Of a stretch of DNA of 64,000 nucleotides, positions 1-10,370 are shown piece by piece. Position 1 is the stretch's first letter; each line of letters begins with the position of its first letter. Source of the stretch: a virus (taxonomy: Duplodnaviria; Caudoviricetes); IMG/VR virus record IMGVR_UViG_3300034685_000067, positions 3,973 to 67,972 of that record; one strand, written 5' to 3'. A program made the position numbers and the translations under genes. The notes under the pieces are model-generated. The model ran no database searches, was not told the origin of the DNA, and saw only the letters and a program-made list of their open reading frames with translations.

Positions 1-1119
1 AATCAAGCAGCGAATAAGGAATATGTGGATACAGTAATAGCCAATCATGATTCTCAACATGATGATAGGTTTGTTAAGAAATCTGGAGACACTATGACTG
101 GTGTATTAACTTTAAGTGTACACCCATCAACTGTTAGAGATCCCTTGGGTAGTAGACAAGCAGCTACTAAAGGGTATGTAGACTATGCTGCTCAAGAAAT
201 AGATAATAGATTGGTTGCTGATTATGTGCCTAAGCTTGGTACTACAATGACTGGATTTTTAACATTATATGATCATCCAGTTAATACAATGCATGCAGCT
301 ACAAAGGGTTTTGTTGATACCAGTATAAATAATTTAAAAAATTATGTTGATACCAATTTTGTTACACAAAACCAAGCAACTGGAACTTATGTTAAAAAAG
401 CTGGAGATTCTATGACTGGTTATCTTACTCTCCATGCAGATCCAACTAATTTATTGCATGCTGCTACAAAACGATATGTTGATAATGAAATCACTGGTCT
501 TAGAACATATGCTAATAATACCTTTGCTACAAAAACAGAAGCTACCAATACTTATGTTAAAAAAGCTGGAGATGTAATGACTGGTACTCTGAAGATATCA
601 GGTACCACTAAAGCTGAAGGTTATTTATATGCAGGATCTACAGCACCAACAGCAGCTTATAGATTGAATTTAGATGGATATTTTTATGCTACAAGAGTGT
701 ATAATGCAGTATATAATGACTTTGCTGATTGTTTGATACCTGAAGATGGTCTCTCATATGAAACTGCAAAAAATAAAATAGTAGCAATAGTAGACAATGA
801 TACTGTAGCATTAGCCAGTAAAGGATCTTCATCTGTAATTGGTATAGTTTCAGATTCTTATGCTTATTTAGCTGGTGGTAGTGAAGAAGAAATTAAATCT
901 GGTAAAAAACTTCCAATATGTTCTGCTGGATATGTATGGGTAGATGTAGTAAATGTTGAAGATGCTCAAATTGGAGATTATATTATACCTGATGACAATG
1001 GTTATGGGAAAGTTATTAGTAAAACAGAACGAAAACAATATGCTGATCAAATAGTTGGAAGAATTATTAATATTAATAAATCAGCCAATCAAGTTAGAGT
1101 TATGTTTATACCATCCTAA
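1..1119 (+). CDS. Tail fibre protein, 5'-truncated by the window, with a C-terminal peptidase-G2-like intramolecular chaperone domain
   Basis: Frame is open from base 1 (NQAANKEYVD). Repeats of KxGDxMTGxLTL...AATKxYVD are typical of fibres. C-terminal YATRVYNAVYNDFAD...IGIVSD...G.V.V module is shared with the ORF at 36625. Confidence 0.8.
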   Translation, partial: NQAANKEYVDTVIANHDSQHDDRFVKKSGDTMTGVLTLSVHPSTVRDPLGSRQAATKGYVDYAAQEIDNRLVADYVPKLGTTMTGFLTLYDHPVNTMHAATKGFVDTSINNLKNYVDTNFVTQNQATGTYVKKAGDSMTGYLTLHADPTNLLHAATKRYVDNEITGLRTYANNTFATKTEATNTYVKKAGDVMTGTLKISGTTKAEGYLYAGSTAPTAAYRLNLDGYFYATRVYNAVYNDFADCLIPEDGLSYETAKNKIVAIVDNDTVALASKGSSSVIGIVSDSYAYLAGGSEEEIKSGKKLPICSAGYVWVDVVNVEDAQIGDYIIPDDNGYGKVISKTERKQYADQIVGRIININKSANQVRVMFIPS

Positions 1120-1126
1120 GGAATGA

Positions 1127-1789
1127 TTGTATATGTGGACATCTCCTGATATAAGAGAGCATGTTAAAGAAGAAAGTGATTTCAGAATTGGTAAGGTTAT
1201 AGAAACATTAACTATAGAGGCAACTGGTAAATCAGTCGAAGAATACAAATATGTATATGTTGGAGATTCTCTAACATATTTGAATGTTCCAGATATATCT
1301 ATTTCTTTTTTATTGGATAAGATAGATCAAGTGGTAGAGACTACAGAACAATATAATATGTCTCCTGATATGGATTATAAATCACCAGTATTAGCATATG
1401 ATGAATATAACAATACTACTTTCTTTATTTTAGTTCTTTTACTTAATAAAATAACTACTAATGCTAACTTCAGATCTGATTATTATCCTAACATTAAGTT
1501 ATTATCGAATGAACAAATAAAGGATATATTAATATCTAAAAAGCAATCTAATTCATATACTGCTAAGGAGATAACATCACCTGAAGAGTTTATAGAAATA
1601 TATGAAGAATACATAAAGAATGGTAAAGATCCAGAAACATCTATAGATAATTGGCTTAATATTAAAATTCCCAATTTTGACTATACAGATATTCAGAATA
1701 CGCCTGCATTTAAGAAGTTAGTAGAAGAAATTGGTTTGGACAAACTCACACAATATGTTTATATATTAGACAAATATATTAAGAAGTAA
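1127..1789 (+). CDS. Hypothetical protein (possible fibre assembly/accessory protein, by position only)
   Basis: 220-aa ORF, AAGGA SD before a TTG start, tightly packed; no recognisable motif. Confidence 0.55.
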   Translation: MYMWTSPDIREHVKEESDFRIGKVIETLTIEATGKSVEEYKYVYVGDSLTYLNVPDISISFLLDKIDQVVETTEQYNMSPDMDYKSPVLAYDEYNNTTFFILVLLLNKITTNANFRSDYYPNIKLLSNEQIKDILISKKQSNSYTAKEITSPEEFIEIYEEYIKNGKDPETSIDNWLNIKIPNFDYTDIQNTPAFKKLVEEIGLDKLTQYVYILDKYIKK

Positions 1790-1809
1790 AATTAAAAGGT
1801 GGAATAATT

Positions 1810-2796
1810 ATGTTTAAAGGATTGACTAATACACCATCTGATATATTTAATATAACTATACCAATATTGAGAAACCCACCAGATAGGAGAATTAATTTAG
1901 AAGAACCACATAGACCCTTTGATGGTATTGATAGAGTTAATAATATATTAGCCAGTGCACTTTCAGCATCATATGCTGAATATATCAAGCAATTAACTCT
2001 GAACAATATATCATTATCTGTTTTTCCTCAAGCAATTAGCTTATTACCAGCAATGATATACGTAACAGATGCAACATCTAAAGGTATTGTATTGAATATA
2101 GATGTGTGCTCTGCTCGTTTAGATATGACTAAAAATAAAATTATAGTCCAAGATTATAACAATTTTGCATCGTGTATATCATATGGTTTAACAAAGTTAA
2201 TATTATATGATATTGATAATGAAACAGTATTAAATTCATTGTATTTTGCAGCATGCGCATTCTGTTATTCTCTTTTAATGAGATGTTATATAAGAGATTT
2301 TGATATTTTAAAGACCTCAGATCAGGAACTTGGTACTGTTTTTTATCTTATAGCTAGGTTAATATGTTCACATTATTTTGATTTTCAGGGTAATGATAAA
2401 GCTATTGCGTTTGGTGCGTTGAGAAGATTTTTCTCCAAAGAAAAGAACTCTAAGATTAGATTCAATATTAAAACAGATAAGTTACCAAGTGATAAAGTTT
2501 CAAGTTGGAACGATATATTTAGAATATTAACTGAATATAATATAATGCCAAATATTACAGTTGATGATTTCAGAAATAGAATTACACGTATGTTTGGTGC
2601 AACATGTACTATATGTGTATCATCTGGTTTTGAATTAGTTGCTATGATGAATACAGTTAATATCGCTTCTGATATATTCTATACTAGAATAGGAAGCATC
2701 AATCCAAGTGCGATTAGGGTTGCTAAGAATGCTATACTAACACAGTTGAAATCATTATTACAACAATCAAACAATAAAGAGATAGAGATGATATAA
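1810..2796 (+). CDS. Hypothetical phage protein (likely virion-associated)
   Basis: 328-aa ORF with AGGTGG SD in a structural neighbourhood; no catalytic motif recognised. Confidence 0.6.
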   Translation: MFKGLTNTPSDIFNITIPILRNPPDRRINLEEPHRPFDGIDRVNNILASALSASYAEYIKQLTLNNISLSVFPQAISLLPAMIYVTDATSKGIVLNIDVCSARLDMTKNKIIVQDYNNFASCISYGLTKLILYDIDNETVLNSLYFAACAFCYSLLMRCYIRDFDILKTSDQELGTVFYLIARLICSHYFDFQGNDKAIAFGALRRFFSKEKNSKIRFNIKTDKLPSDKVSSWNDIFRILTEYNIMPNITVDDFRNRITRMFGATCTICVSSGFELVAMMNTVNIASDIFYTRIGSINPSAIRVAKNAILTQLKSLLQQSNNKEIEMI

Positions 2797-2797
2797 T

Positions 2798-4027
2798 ATG
2801 CCTGATGCAGATGTTAAACAAAGTGCATTTGATATAAAAGCAGAGTTTAAATTTACTAAGACTTCTCTTGTTTTGCAAGAAGAGATTCTTGAAGTTGCAT
2901 TTATCATGCAGAATCATAAATTAGTGCCACGTATGAAAATGAACTTTAGAATTGATAATAGATATAGAAATTTACTCCTTATGCCTTATACTGTCCACGT
3001 TATTATTGTTGAAAAGAATATGGGTGAAACAGAAAGAACTTTAATAGATAGTGAATGGTTGAGTTTTGGTCAAGCTGTGATTGATATACATAGAGAAGCA
3101 GATTTATCTTCCAGACCAGATGTAATAAATGTTAGGCATGAATATGTTGCTAAAGACGCATATACTGGTGTTAATACTGTTGTTGGTGGTCTTTATGAGA
3201 ATGTTAAAGTTATAGATGTTATTAATAGTCTATGGTCAAAAACAAATCATGGAAAATTAAGATTAAATGTATCCAAATTAGATAATTCTGAGAAATATGA
3301 ACAGATATGGATACCAAATAATAAGTTCTTTGTCAATTTAGCATATATATCTCAACGATATGGAATGTTCAATATTCCCCCTATTATTTATACTAATTTA
3401 CATGATAATGTAGCATATATTAAATCCTTAAACGAAGCAACATCAGATAAAGCTCTGGAATTATATGGTGATTTACCACAAGAAGATCAAGATAAAATAA
3501 GGATAGATGATGGACAGTATTTTTTGCCAAATCTTCCTTCATTAACAAATTCATTTAATAGTATTGCTGCACTCATTCCAAAGAAAATAACACTATGCAA
3601 AAAAAGTGATACTGGTTTGTATAAAGAAAGTGAAATAGATGTAATGAGTTTAATACGTTCTATGAAGTTTGTAGATAGTGTTGATTCGTTTGAAAATTAT
3701 TTGGACAAAATAGTACAACCAAATACTAAAATATACCTAGATCAGAGTAATGAATATTCTTTAAGAGAAAGTATAGCTTCTATAATATTGAATACAGTTA
3801 AACCTATATCTGTTCGTATTTCCCAACCTTTTAGATTTCCACATTGGTATATAGGCAGAAAAGTTGTATTGAAATATAAGCATATAAACTATAAAATAGG
3901 AAGTGAAATAACGTTTTTTATATCAGGTATTCAATTTAATATCAAACGAACTAAGGTCAAAAATGCACAAGGTGCTATAAATGTAATGTTAAATGCAGTA
4001 TCTACTCATGATTCATATGTTGGATAG
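2798..4027 (+). CDS. Hypothetical structural protein, possibly baseplate-hub-like
   Basis: 409-aa beta-rich ORF coupled to the upstream stop (TAAT ATG). Size and C-terminal IGRKV..F.I.GI.F pattern recall gp27/gpD-type hubs (weak). Confidence 0.4.
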   Translation: MPDADVKQSAFDIKAEFKFTKTSLVLQEEILEVAFIMQNHKLVPRMKMNFRIDNRYRNLLLMPYTVHVIIVEKNMGETERTLIDSEWLSFGQAVIDIHREADLSSRPDVINVRHEYVAKDAYTGVNTVVGGLYENVKVIDVINSLWSKTNHGKLRLNVSKLDNSEKYEQIWIPNNKFFVNLAYISQRYGMFNIPPIIYTNLHDNVAYIKSLNEATSDKALELYGDLPQEDQDKIRIDDGQYFLPNLPSLTNSFNSIAALIPKKITLCKKSDTGLYKESEIDVMSLIRSMKFVDSVDSFENYLDKIVQPNTKIYLDQSNEYSLRESIASIILNTVKPISVRISQPFRFPHWYIGRKVVLKYKHINYKIGSEITFFISGIQFNIKRTKVKNAQGAINVMLNAVSTHDSYVG

Positions 4028-4044
4028 GTAAAGGAAGAATCAGT

Positions 4045-5733
4045 ATGAAAGCTGAAGAGCAAGCTAAAGAATTTTTTAAATGCTTATATGATATAACATA
4101 CTTCTTTAAAAATTATGTATTGATACCTGTTCCTGGATTGGGTACAACAGTCAATTTGAATCTATATCCCAGTCAGATGAAATATATCAACGCTCTAAAA
4201 GAAATTTGGACTAAAAAAGAAAAAGATGGTATTCTTTTGCTTGCATCGAGACAATGTGGTAAAACTGTAATGAATGAAGCTGTTATAGCATATTTAATGA
4301 TATTTAATGATAATTATGATGTGCTCTTTATGACAAGAGATCTAAAGCAGGGTAGAGAAACTTTACAAGAAGTTAAAGATATCATAAATAGATTGCCTGA
4401 TTGGATGAGGCCATCTTATACTATTAATAAAGCTGAAGAGTTTAAATTGTCAAATGGTTCATCTTTGATTTTACAAGCAAGTAATAAGACTAGAGATATT
4501 AACTCATCTAAAGGTAGAGGTTTGAGACCTACATTTATATGGATAGATGAGGCTGCATTTATACATTTGGAGGACCATTTAAAGGCTATTTTAAATGCAG
4601 CTGGATATACGTTTAAAGTAGCTAGAGAAAATAACATACCTTATGGTGTAGTTTTATCTTCTACTCCAAATGGAAGAACTGGTAAAGGTGAAAAGTTTTA
4701 TAAGATGTGGATGGAAAGTATTACTGATCCAGAGAGATCAGCATATATTCCAGTTAAAATCCATTGGTCTGAGATACCAGTATATGATAATGATTGGTAT
4801 GAAAAGCAAAAAGCTTTAAATAACTATGATGAGAAAACAATGAATCAGGAATATGAACTGTTATTTTTAGGTAGCTCAGATTCTATATTTCCTGATGATA
4901 TTATTAAAAGATTACAAGATGAATCACTTTCCTATCCACCAATATCAACTACAACATTGCCAGATGGATACATTTACTGGTTTGAAGAACCAGATGATAA
5001 TAAGAGATATATAATAGGTATAGATACTGCTACATCCAATGGTACAGATTATTCTGCTGTAGAAGTTATTAATTATGATACTGGAGAACAAGTAGCTGAA
5101 GGTATGTTCAAATGTCAAGTTATTAAATTCTGTGAACAATATATTCCAGCTATAGTAGATAAATTAAAAAATAAATTATTAGTAATAGAATCCAATGCTG
5201 TTGGAAATCAAACAATAGAAATGCTAAAAGTAAAATATGAAAAATATATAATACGAGATGAATTGAGCAGAAATAAAGATAAATATGGTATAACTATGTC
5301 AGCAGTTACTAGACCCTTATTAATGGAACAGATATATGAATTATTTACAAGACATGATAATCTTGTTAAATCTAAGAACCTAAGATTACAGGCAACATCA
5401 CTTATCAGAAAATCATCAGGACGAATAGAAGGAGAGCCAAATGATGATTTAGTATTTGCTATAGGAATGTGTTTCTTGGTAACAAATCATTTGAACTTGA
5501 CAAAGTATTTTGATATACTAGACTTTGAGAACAGTGGTGTAGATATATTTGATACTGTAAGTGTAGCTGGAAGCTCAAATATACAAATTAATAATGATGA
5601 TTTCTTTATTTTGTCTGATACTAAATCAGACTTAGTTAGATCTATAGTTGAGTATAATTTATTAAAAGGCAACAAGAACAAATCTATGAACAATAATGAT
5701 GAAGAAGATGATATTGCCAGATATATTGTTTAA
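4045..5733 (+). CDS. terL: Terminase large subunit (T4 gp17-like)
   Basis: Q-motif LYPSQ, Walker A ASRQCGKT, Walker B FIWIDEAAF, coupling motif STPNG, nuclease motifs IGIDTA, IESN and NDDLV. Confidence 0.95.
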   Translation: MKAEEQAKEFFKCLYDITYFFKNYVLIPVPGLGTTVNLNLYPSQMKYINALKEIWTKKEKDGILLLASRQCGKTVMNEAVIAYLMIFNDNYDVLFMTRDLKQGRETLQEVKDIINRLPDWMRPSYTINKAEEFKLSNGSSLILQASNKTRDINSSKGRGLRPTFIWIDEAAFIHLEDHLKAILNAAGYTFKVARENNIPYGVVLSSTPNGRTGKGEKFYKMWMESITDPERSAYIPVKIHWSEIPVYDNDWYEKQKALNNYDEKTMNQEYELLFLGSSDSIFPDDIIKRLQDESLSYPPISTTTLPDGYIYWFEEPDDNKRYIIGIDTATSNGTDYSAVEVINYDTGEQVAEGMFKCQVIKFCEQYIPAIVDKLKNKLLVIESNAVGNQTIEMLKVKYEKYIIRDELSRNKDKYGITMSAVTRPLLMEQIYELFTRHDNLVKSKNLRLQATSLIRKSSGRIEGEPNDDLVFAIGMCFLVTNHLNLTKYFDILDFENSGVDIFDTVSVAGSSNIQINNDDFFILSDTKSDLVRSIVEYNLLKGNKNKSMNNNDEEDDIARYIV

Positions 5734-5755
5734 AGAGTAAGGGAGATGATTATTA

Positions 5756-6763
5756 TTGTATAACCTTTATCATTTTTTAAAAGATATATGTGGTATGAAA
5801 TATATTGTTTGTGAAAAGACTTTGCTTTATGATGTAAAGCATTATTATGATTGGATTGTTTCATATGATGTATTAAATAATATTTTAACCAATTATAATA
5901 ATATAATTAATTTATTTTGGAAAGAATTAAAACCATATTCTAAAAGAACAACACCATCTAAACCTAATGATGAATTTATTATAAAGTACATATATCCAAA
6001 ACAAGAATTATTTACATCTAATATTATAAAGATAGATATGCAAAGAGCATTTACAACGTATGCTGAACAAGTATTAGATGCAGATGCATTAGCTCTTTAT
6101 ACTAAGATGTGTACTATTTTAGCATCCTCAAGTTATCTTCCCAAAAGAGCAAAGAAATTTTTATATAATTATTTTCTAACAAACATTATTATTCATTGTA
6201 TGGGTATTGATACATTATATAAACTAAGATATATGGTTTATGATGATGTATTGTATGTTGCTGAACGTATTGGGGACATCATTAAAAGTGAAGTAGATGG
6301 AGCATATATAAAACCATATAAAATGAGGATATTAAATGATATCTATGATATATATGGTCAAATATCAACAACTGTTTATAAATGGGTACTCTTTAAACAA
6401 AAGTATATGATTGGTGTAATAAACAAAAATAATCAGGTTACATTTAAAGGATTTGATTCTTTAAGCCCCAATATATTCTATAGTCTAATATCCAGATTGT
6501 GTTTAGCTACATCTGAACGTGATATGGATTATATTATTGATACATTCTTATTCAATAATACTGATTCATTATTAGATTTTGCTTATAAAACTACAGATGG
6601 CTCAAGTATAAAATTAAAGCTAAAGAATATGACAGCTATAATCAACAGCGATGATATTGATCTATCATCATATAATGATATGCATAATAGAATAGATTTT
6701 GCATATTATGTAAATGAGATATATCCTATCTTATCATCAATATTCAGTAATATAACTATATGA
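5756..6763 (+). CDS. Highly divergent family-B DNA polymerase-like protein (palm/fingers/thumb only)
   Basis: Degenerate PolB motifs in the correct order: KIDMQRAF (A), KKFLYNY (B), KSEVDG (C), KQKY, FKG, and terminal IDFAYY..I.PIL..IF. Confidence 0.45.
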   Translation: MYNLYHFLKDICGMKYIVCEKTLLYDVKHYYDWIVSYDVLNNILTNYNNIINLFWKELKPYSKRTTPSKPNDEFIIKYIYPKQELFTSNIIKIDMQRAFTTYAEQVLDADALALYTKMCTILASSSYLPKRAKKFLYNYFLTNIIIHCMGIDTLYKLRYMVYDDVLYVAERIGDIIKSEVDGAYIKPYKMRILNDIYDIYGQISTTVYKWVLFKQKYMIGVINKNNQVTFKGFDSLSPNIFYSLISRLCLATSERDMDYIIDTFLFNNTDSLLDFAYKTTDGSSIKLKLKNMTAIINSDDIDLSSYNDMHNRIDFAYYVNEIYPILSSIFSNITI

Positions 6764-6785
6764 GATCATAAGGAGATCAAAGTAA

Positions 6786-7754
6786 ATGACGCCAGAAACA
6801 TTTAGAAATTTTATTCTCAAACTTGAAGAAAACAAATTAATAGAATCTCCTTTAAGTACAGTTATTATAGGCCAAATGGATTCAGGAGGAATATATCCAA
6901 GAGGCAATAGAGCACCTAATGGAGTTATATTTGATTGGAGAACAAACAAAATATATTATGACGAATCTTTTATACTTACAGCAATAGATAATATATCTAC
7001 AAGTGTTAAAAACTTTCTTGCTAAAAATATATTATTAAAAAATGAGAAAGATATACTTAAAAGAATGATGGGAGAAAACATTGGAAAAGTCCTTGCCACA
7101 ATATTATATAGTGGTATCCATGCATATAATGCCCATCAACGTGGTTCTCTCATTAATTATGAATCAAATGATACATTTTATAAGAATTTCTTTTTTAAAT
7201 TACTTTATGAATTTACCCAATTATCTACAATGTCTAAAATGTTGGCATCATTATGGTATAAAAGATATCTCAATATCATTCTTGAGTATTTTGAAATACC
7301 TATGCTTCAAGGCATGTCAAAAATAAATAAGAATACAATCAATACAGTTATCTATTTATTTAATGAAATATATAAAGATACTTTAGAATATCTGAATCAA
7401 CGTGATATAGATCAACCAAGTTTGGACTCATATAAAGAATGGTTTGATACATTTATTAAAGAGTTTATTATATGTGTAAGAAATCAAAATCACAGATTAA
7501 AGATCTTTAATCAGGAATTTCTTGATAGATATGAATTTAAAGTATTATCTATTAAATCTTTAGATACATCATATTCCCTTATAAGTACAGTTAAAGTGGT
7601 AGATTTTAGATATCCTGTGCCCATATTTAGAGAGCTTTTTGTAACAAGTGAGCCTATGGCACAATATATCTATGCTTTATCTATAAATGCTAAATTATTA
7701 GCTGATCCAAATATTCAAACAATATGTGCACGTGGGATATCTTTTTTGTCATAA
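6786..7754 (+). CDS. Hypothetical protein
   Basis: 322-aa ORF with AAGGAG SD; no motif recognised. Confidence 0.6.
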   Translation: MTPETFRNFILKLEENKLIESPLSTVIIGQMDSGGIYPRGNRAPNGVIFDWRTNKIYYDESFILTAIDNISTSVKNFLAKNILLKNEKDILKRMMGENIGKVLATILYSGIHAYNAHQRGSLINYESNDTFYKNFFFKLLYEFTQLSTMSKMLASLWYKRYLNIILEYFEIPMLQGMSKINKNTINTVIYLFNEIYKDTLEYLNQRDIDQPSLDSYKEWFDTFIKEFIICVRNQNHRLKIFNQEFLDRYEFKVLSIKSLDTSYSLISTVKVVDFRYPVPIFRELFVTSEPMAQYIYALSINAKLLADPNIQTICARGISFLS

Positions 7755-7823
7755 TATTCTTTTATTTTATTTGTAATATTAAGTTTAGTAATAAAAACAA
7801 AATTTTATTGGGAGGAATGTAAT

Positions 7824-9437
7824 ATGGCAACAAATATTTTTCCAGGAGTTTATACTACAATAGTCGATGAATCTTTCACTATGCAGCCACTTCCAGGTAC
7901 TATTGGATTTATTTGTTTATTTTCAGAAAAAGGACCAGATAATGTACCTAGGATGACCACTTCAGTACAGGATCTAATTAATACCTATGGTGTAGGTAAT
8001 CCTGCCAAATATGGACAAGGTTGGTATGTAGCAAAACAGTATTTAAGCATTCTTGGTAATCTTTATGTAATGAGAGTATTACCAGAAACTGCTGGATTTG
8101 CTAATTTGGGATTAAAATATAATGTTGGTACTGATAGCGTTAGCACAGTATTTTTAACGAATATAGCTTCAGTAGCTGCTATATTAACAAAAATTACTGA
8201 TGGTAATGCTGATGCAATATTTTATCCAGTAGGAAGAGGATCTTGGTACAATGATGTTGCTATCAAATTAACACCATCTTCAGAATATGCTGGTCTGTTT
8301 AGTTGCTACAATATAGATATTTATCAGAAGACATCTGAAGGAGAATATGTTATAGCAGAATCATTCTTAATTTCCTTTGACAAAGATGCTGTAGATTATA
8401 CTAATGAAAGTCTATTTGTAGAATATGTTTTAGATAAATATTCTCAATTATTGAGAGTTAAAGTATCTGATAATATAGACACTACTAAAGATTGGTCTGT
8501 TCCCTTTACAACTTTTCTTAATTTAAAAAATGGTGACGATGGTAACCTCTTTAATGCAACTACTGGATTTCTTGATTGGACTGTTGCCACTCAGCTTCTG
8601 GTAAGAGGATACACTGGTACACTTACAAATCCTTTTACTGGCAATCTAAATGATGAATTGACTGATCCTGAGTGTTTAATGTTTTCAGTAGTATTTGATG
8701 CTGGATATCCAACTGCAGTAAAAGATGCCATTGTAGATCTGTGTGATATAAGAACAGATTGTTTTGCATTCTTGGATAATGGAGATAATCCTTCTCCTGC
8801 TGCAGCTATCCAAACTAGAACAACTGATCATAATTATAACAACTATAGAGCAGCATTATTTGAAATGTATACTAAAGTATATGATGCATATACTGGTAAA
8901 TATTATTGGTTTTCTCCAATATATCATGTTGCTAAAGCATTTGCTAAAACAGATAGAGATTATGATTTATGGTGGCCAACTGCTGGATTGACCAGGGGCG
9001 TTGTTGATGGTATCAAAGATATAAGGTATAAGTTGGTTGGTGGATATAAAGATCAGTTTAAGTTAAATCAACTTAATCCAATAATGAGATGGTCCAATGG
9101 TGGAGATTGTATATGGGGTAACTGGACTACTCAATCTAGACCAAGTGCTTTACAGAATATTCACGTTGTTTTGACATTATTGTATATTAAGAGAGTGCTT
9201 GAATGGAATTTAAAGTATTATATCTTTGATCTAAATGATGAATATACTTGGGAATTGATTAAAGGTAACGTGACTGCATTCCTTGGTGAACTAAGATCCA
9301 AGAGAGCACTTGAATGGTTTAAAGTCAATGTATTTGCAAATGATTATGATAAAAAGCTTAACAGATGCCAAGTACAGATTAATCTACAAATAACTGGCGC
9401 AATAGAAGTTATTAGTATTACTCTTACTGTCCAATAG
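7824..9437 (+). CDS. Contractile tail sheath protein
   Basis: N-terminal FPGVYTTIVDES and GP.N.P; C-terminal WWPTAGLTRG, LNPI, IWGNWT, LQNIHV, YIFDLNDEYTW; strong GGGAGG SD. Confidence 0.93.
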   Translation: MATNIFPGVYTTIVDESFTMQPLPGTIGFICLFSEKGPDNVPRMTTSVQDLINTYGVGNPAKYGQGWYVAKQYLSILGNLYVMRVLPETAGFANLGLKYNVGTDSVSTVFLTNIASVAAILTKITDGNADAIFYPVGRGSWYNDVAIKLTPSSEYAGLFSCYNIDIYQKTSEGEYVIAESFLISFDKDAVDYTNESLFVEYVLDKYSQLLRVKVSDNIDTTKDWSVPFTTFLNLKNGDDGNLFNATTGFLDWTVATQLLVRGYTGTLTNPFTGNLNDELTDPECLMFSVVFDAGYPTAVKDAIVDLCDIRTDCFAFLDNGDNPSPAAAIQTRTTDHNYNNYRAALFEMYTKVYDAYTGKYYWFSPIYHVAKAFAKTDRDYDLWWPTAGLTRGVVDGIKDIRYKLVGGYKDQFKLNQLNPIMRWSNGGDCIWGNWTTQSRPSALQNIHVVLTLLYIKRVLEWNLKYYIFDLNDEYTWELIKGNVTAFLGELRSKRALEWFKVNVFANDYDKKLNRCQVQINLQITGAIEVISITLTVQ

Positions 9438-9442
9438 TTCCA

Positions 9443-9487
9443 TTAGATGAGGAGAGAGATTCTATTAATCTCTCTCCTCTTATCTAA
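9443..9487 (+). terminator. Stem-loop after the sheath gene (terminator or 3' stabiliser)
   Basis: Perfect 13-bp stem GAGGAGAGAGATT (9449-9461) / AATCTCTCTCCTC (9467-9479) with a 5-nt loop, extendable by TTAGAT/ATCTAA; no long U-tract. Confidence 0.65.
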
Positions 9488-9537
9488 ATCAATGAATATT
9501 ATTTAATTAAAAGATTGATAATATGGAGGTAATTGAA

Positions 9538-10320
9538 ATGGCAAAGACAGAATATATTTGTACATTAGAAGATGCTGACTTATTTGATGATAAATCTTTT
9601 AAACGTATGTCTAGGGAGCATGAAGGAAAGACCTATTATGTAGTATTAGGTAAAAAGAAAGGTTCAACTTCAACTAGTGAGCAATCATATAGATATAAGA
9701 AAGATGAATGGGATCAAAATGAAGCTAAAGCACACTGTAAAGAACACGATGGAACATTTATCACAGTTACAGAAGAAAATAAAAGAGTGACTGAAAGTAA
9801 ACGATTGACTGAAAATATCATTCAATCTATCATTAATGTAATTGCATCTGTTGATGAAAAAGAAGTTAATATTGTAAAACAGATATATGAAAAGGTCTCC
9901 TCTTCTGATAAAACAGTAGATGCTATGAAAGATAATCTGGCATATATAGAATCATTAATTCCTGATGCTGATATGTTTATTAATAGGGAGAACACTGATA
10001 TAGCAGTACAAGAGGCTTATAATCTTTTTAATTCAATAACAGATGTAGATAAAAATAGTAAATGGTTATTAGCTAATATAATAGCAGTATTAGGTATTCA
10101 TATGCGTACTGCAAGTGAGATAGCTGGTGTATGTAATAAATACAAAGATAGATTTGCAATGTTCAAATCTGCTGAAGTTGCTTTTACAATAGTAGCATTA
10201 GAAGTTGCTAAGAAAGTATTTAAAGTAATGTTACCTAATGATTGTGCAAAAATATTGATAGGAATGATTGTGATATTACTTAAAGATTCTTTAAATCTAC
10301 CACCATCTAACGTAGTATAG
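9538..10320 (+). CDS. Hypothetical two-domain protein, possibly head/internal
   Basis: GGAGG SD favours the ATG at 9538. Small charged N-domain (FKR...EQSYRY.KDEW...AKAHCKEH), a VTES/LTEN linker, then a helical C-domain. Confidence 0.5.
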   Translation: MAKTEYICTLEDADLFDDKSFKRMSREHEGKTYYVVLGKKKGSTSTSEQSYRYKKDEWDQNEAKAHCKEHDGTFITVTEENKRVTESKRLTENIIQSIINVIASVDEKEVNIVKQIYEKVSSSDKTVDAMKDNLAYIESLIPDADMFINRENTDIAVQEAYNLFNSITDVDKNSKWLLANIIAVLGIHMRTASEIAGVCNKYKDRFAMFKSAEVAFTIVALEVAKKVFKVMLPNDCAKILIGMIVILLKDSLNLPPSNVV

Positions 10321-10370
10321 GTAATCAACTATTTAATGACATATATTATTAAGATTGGAGGATTATTAAT

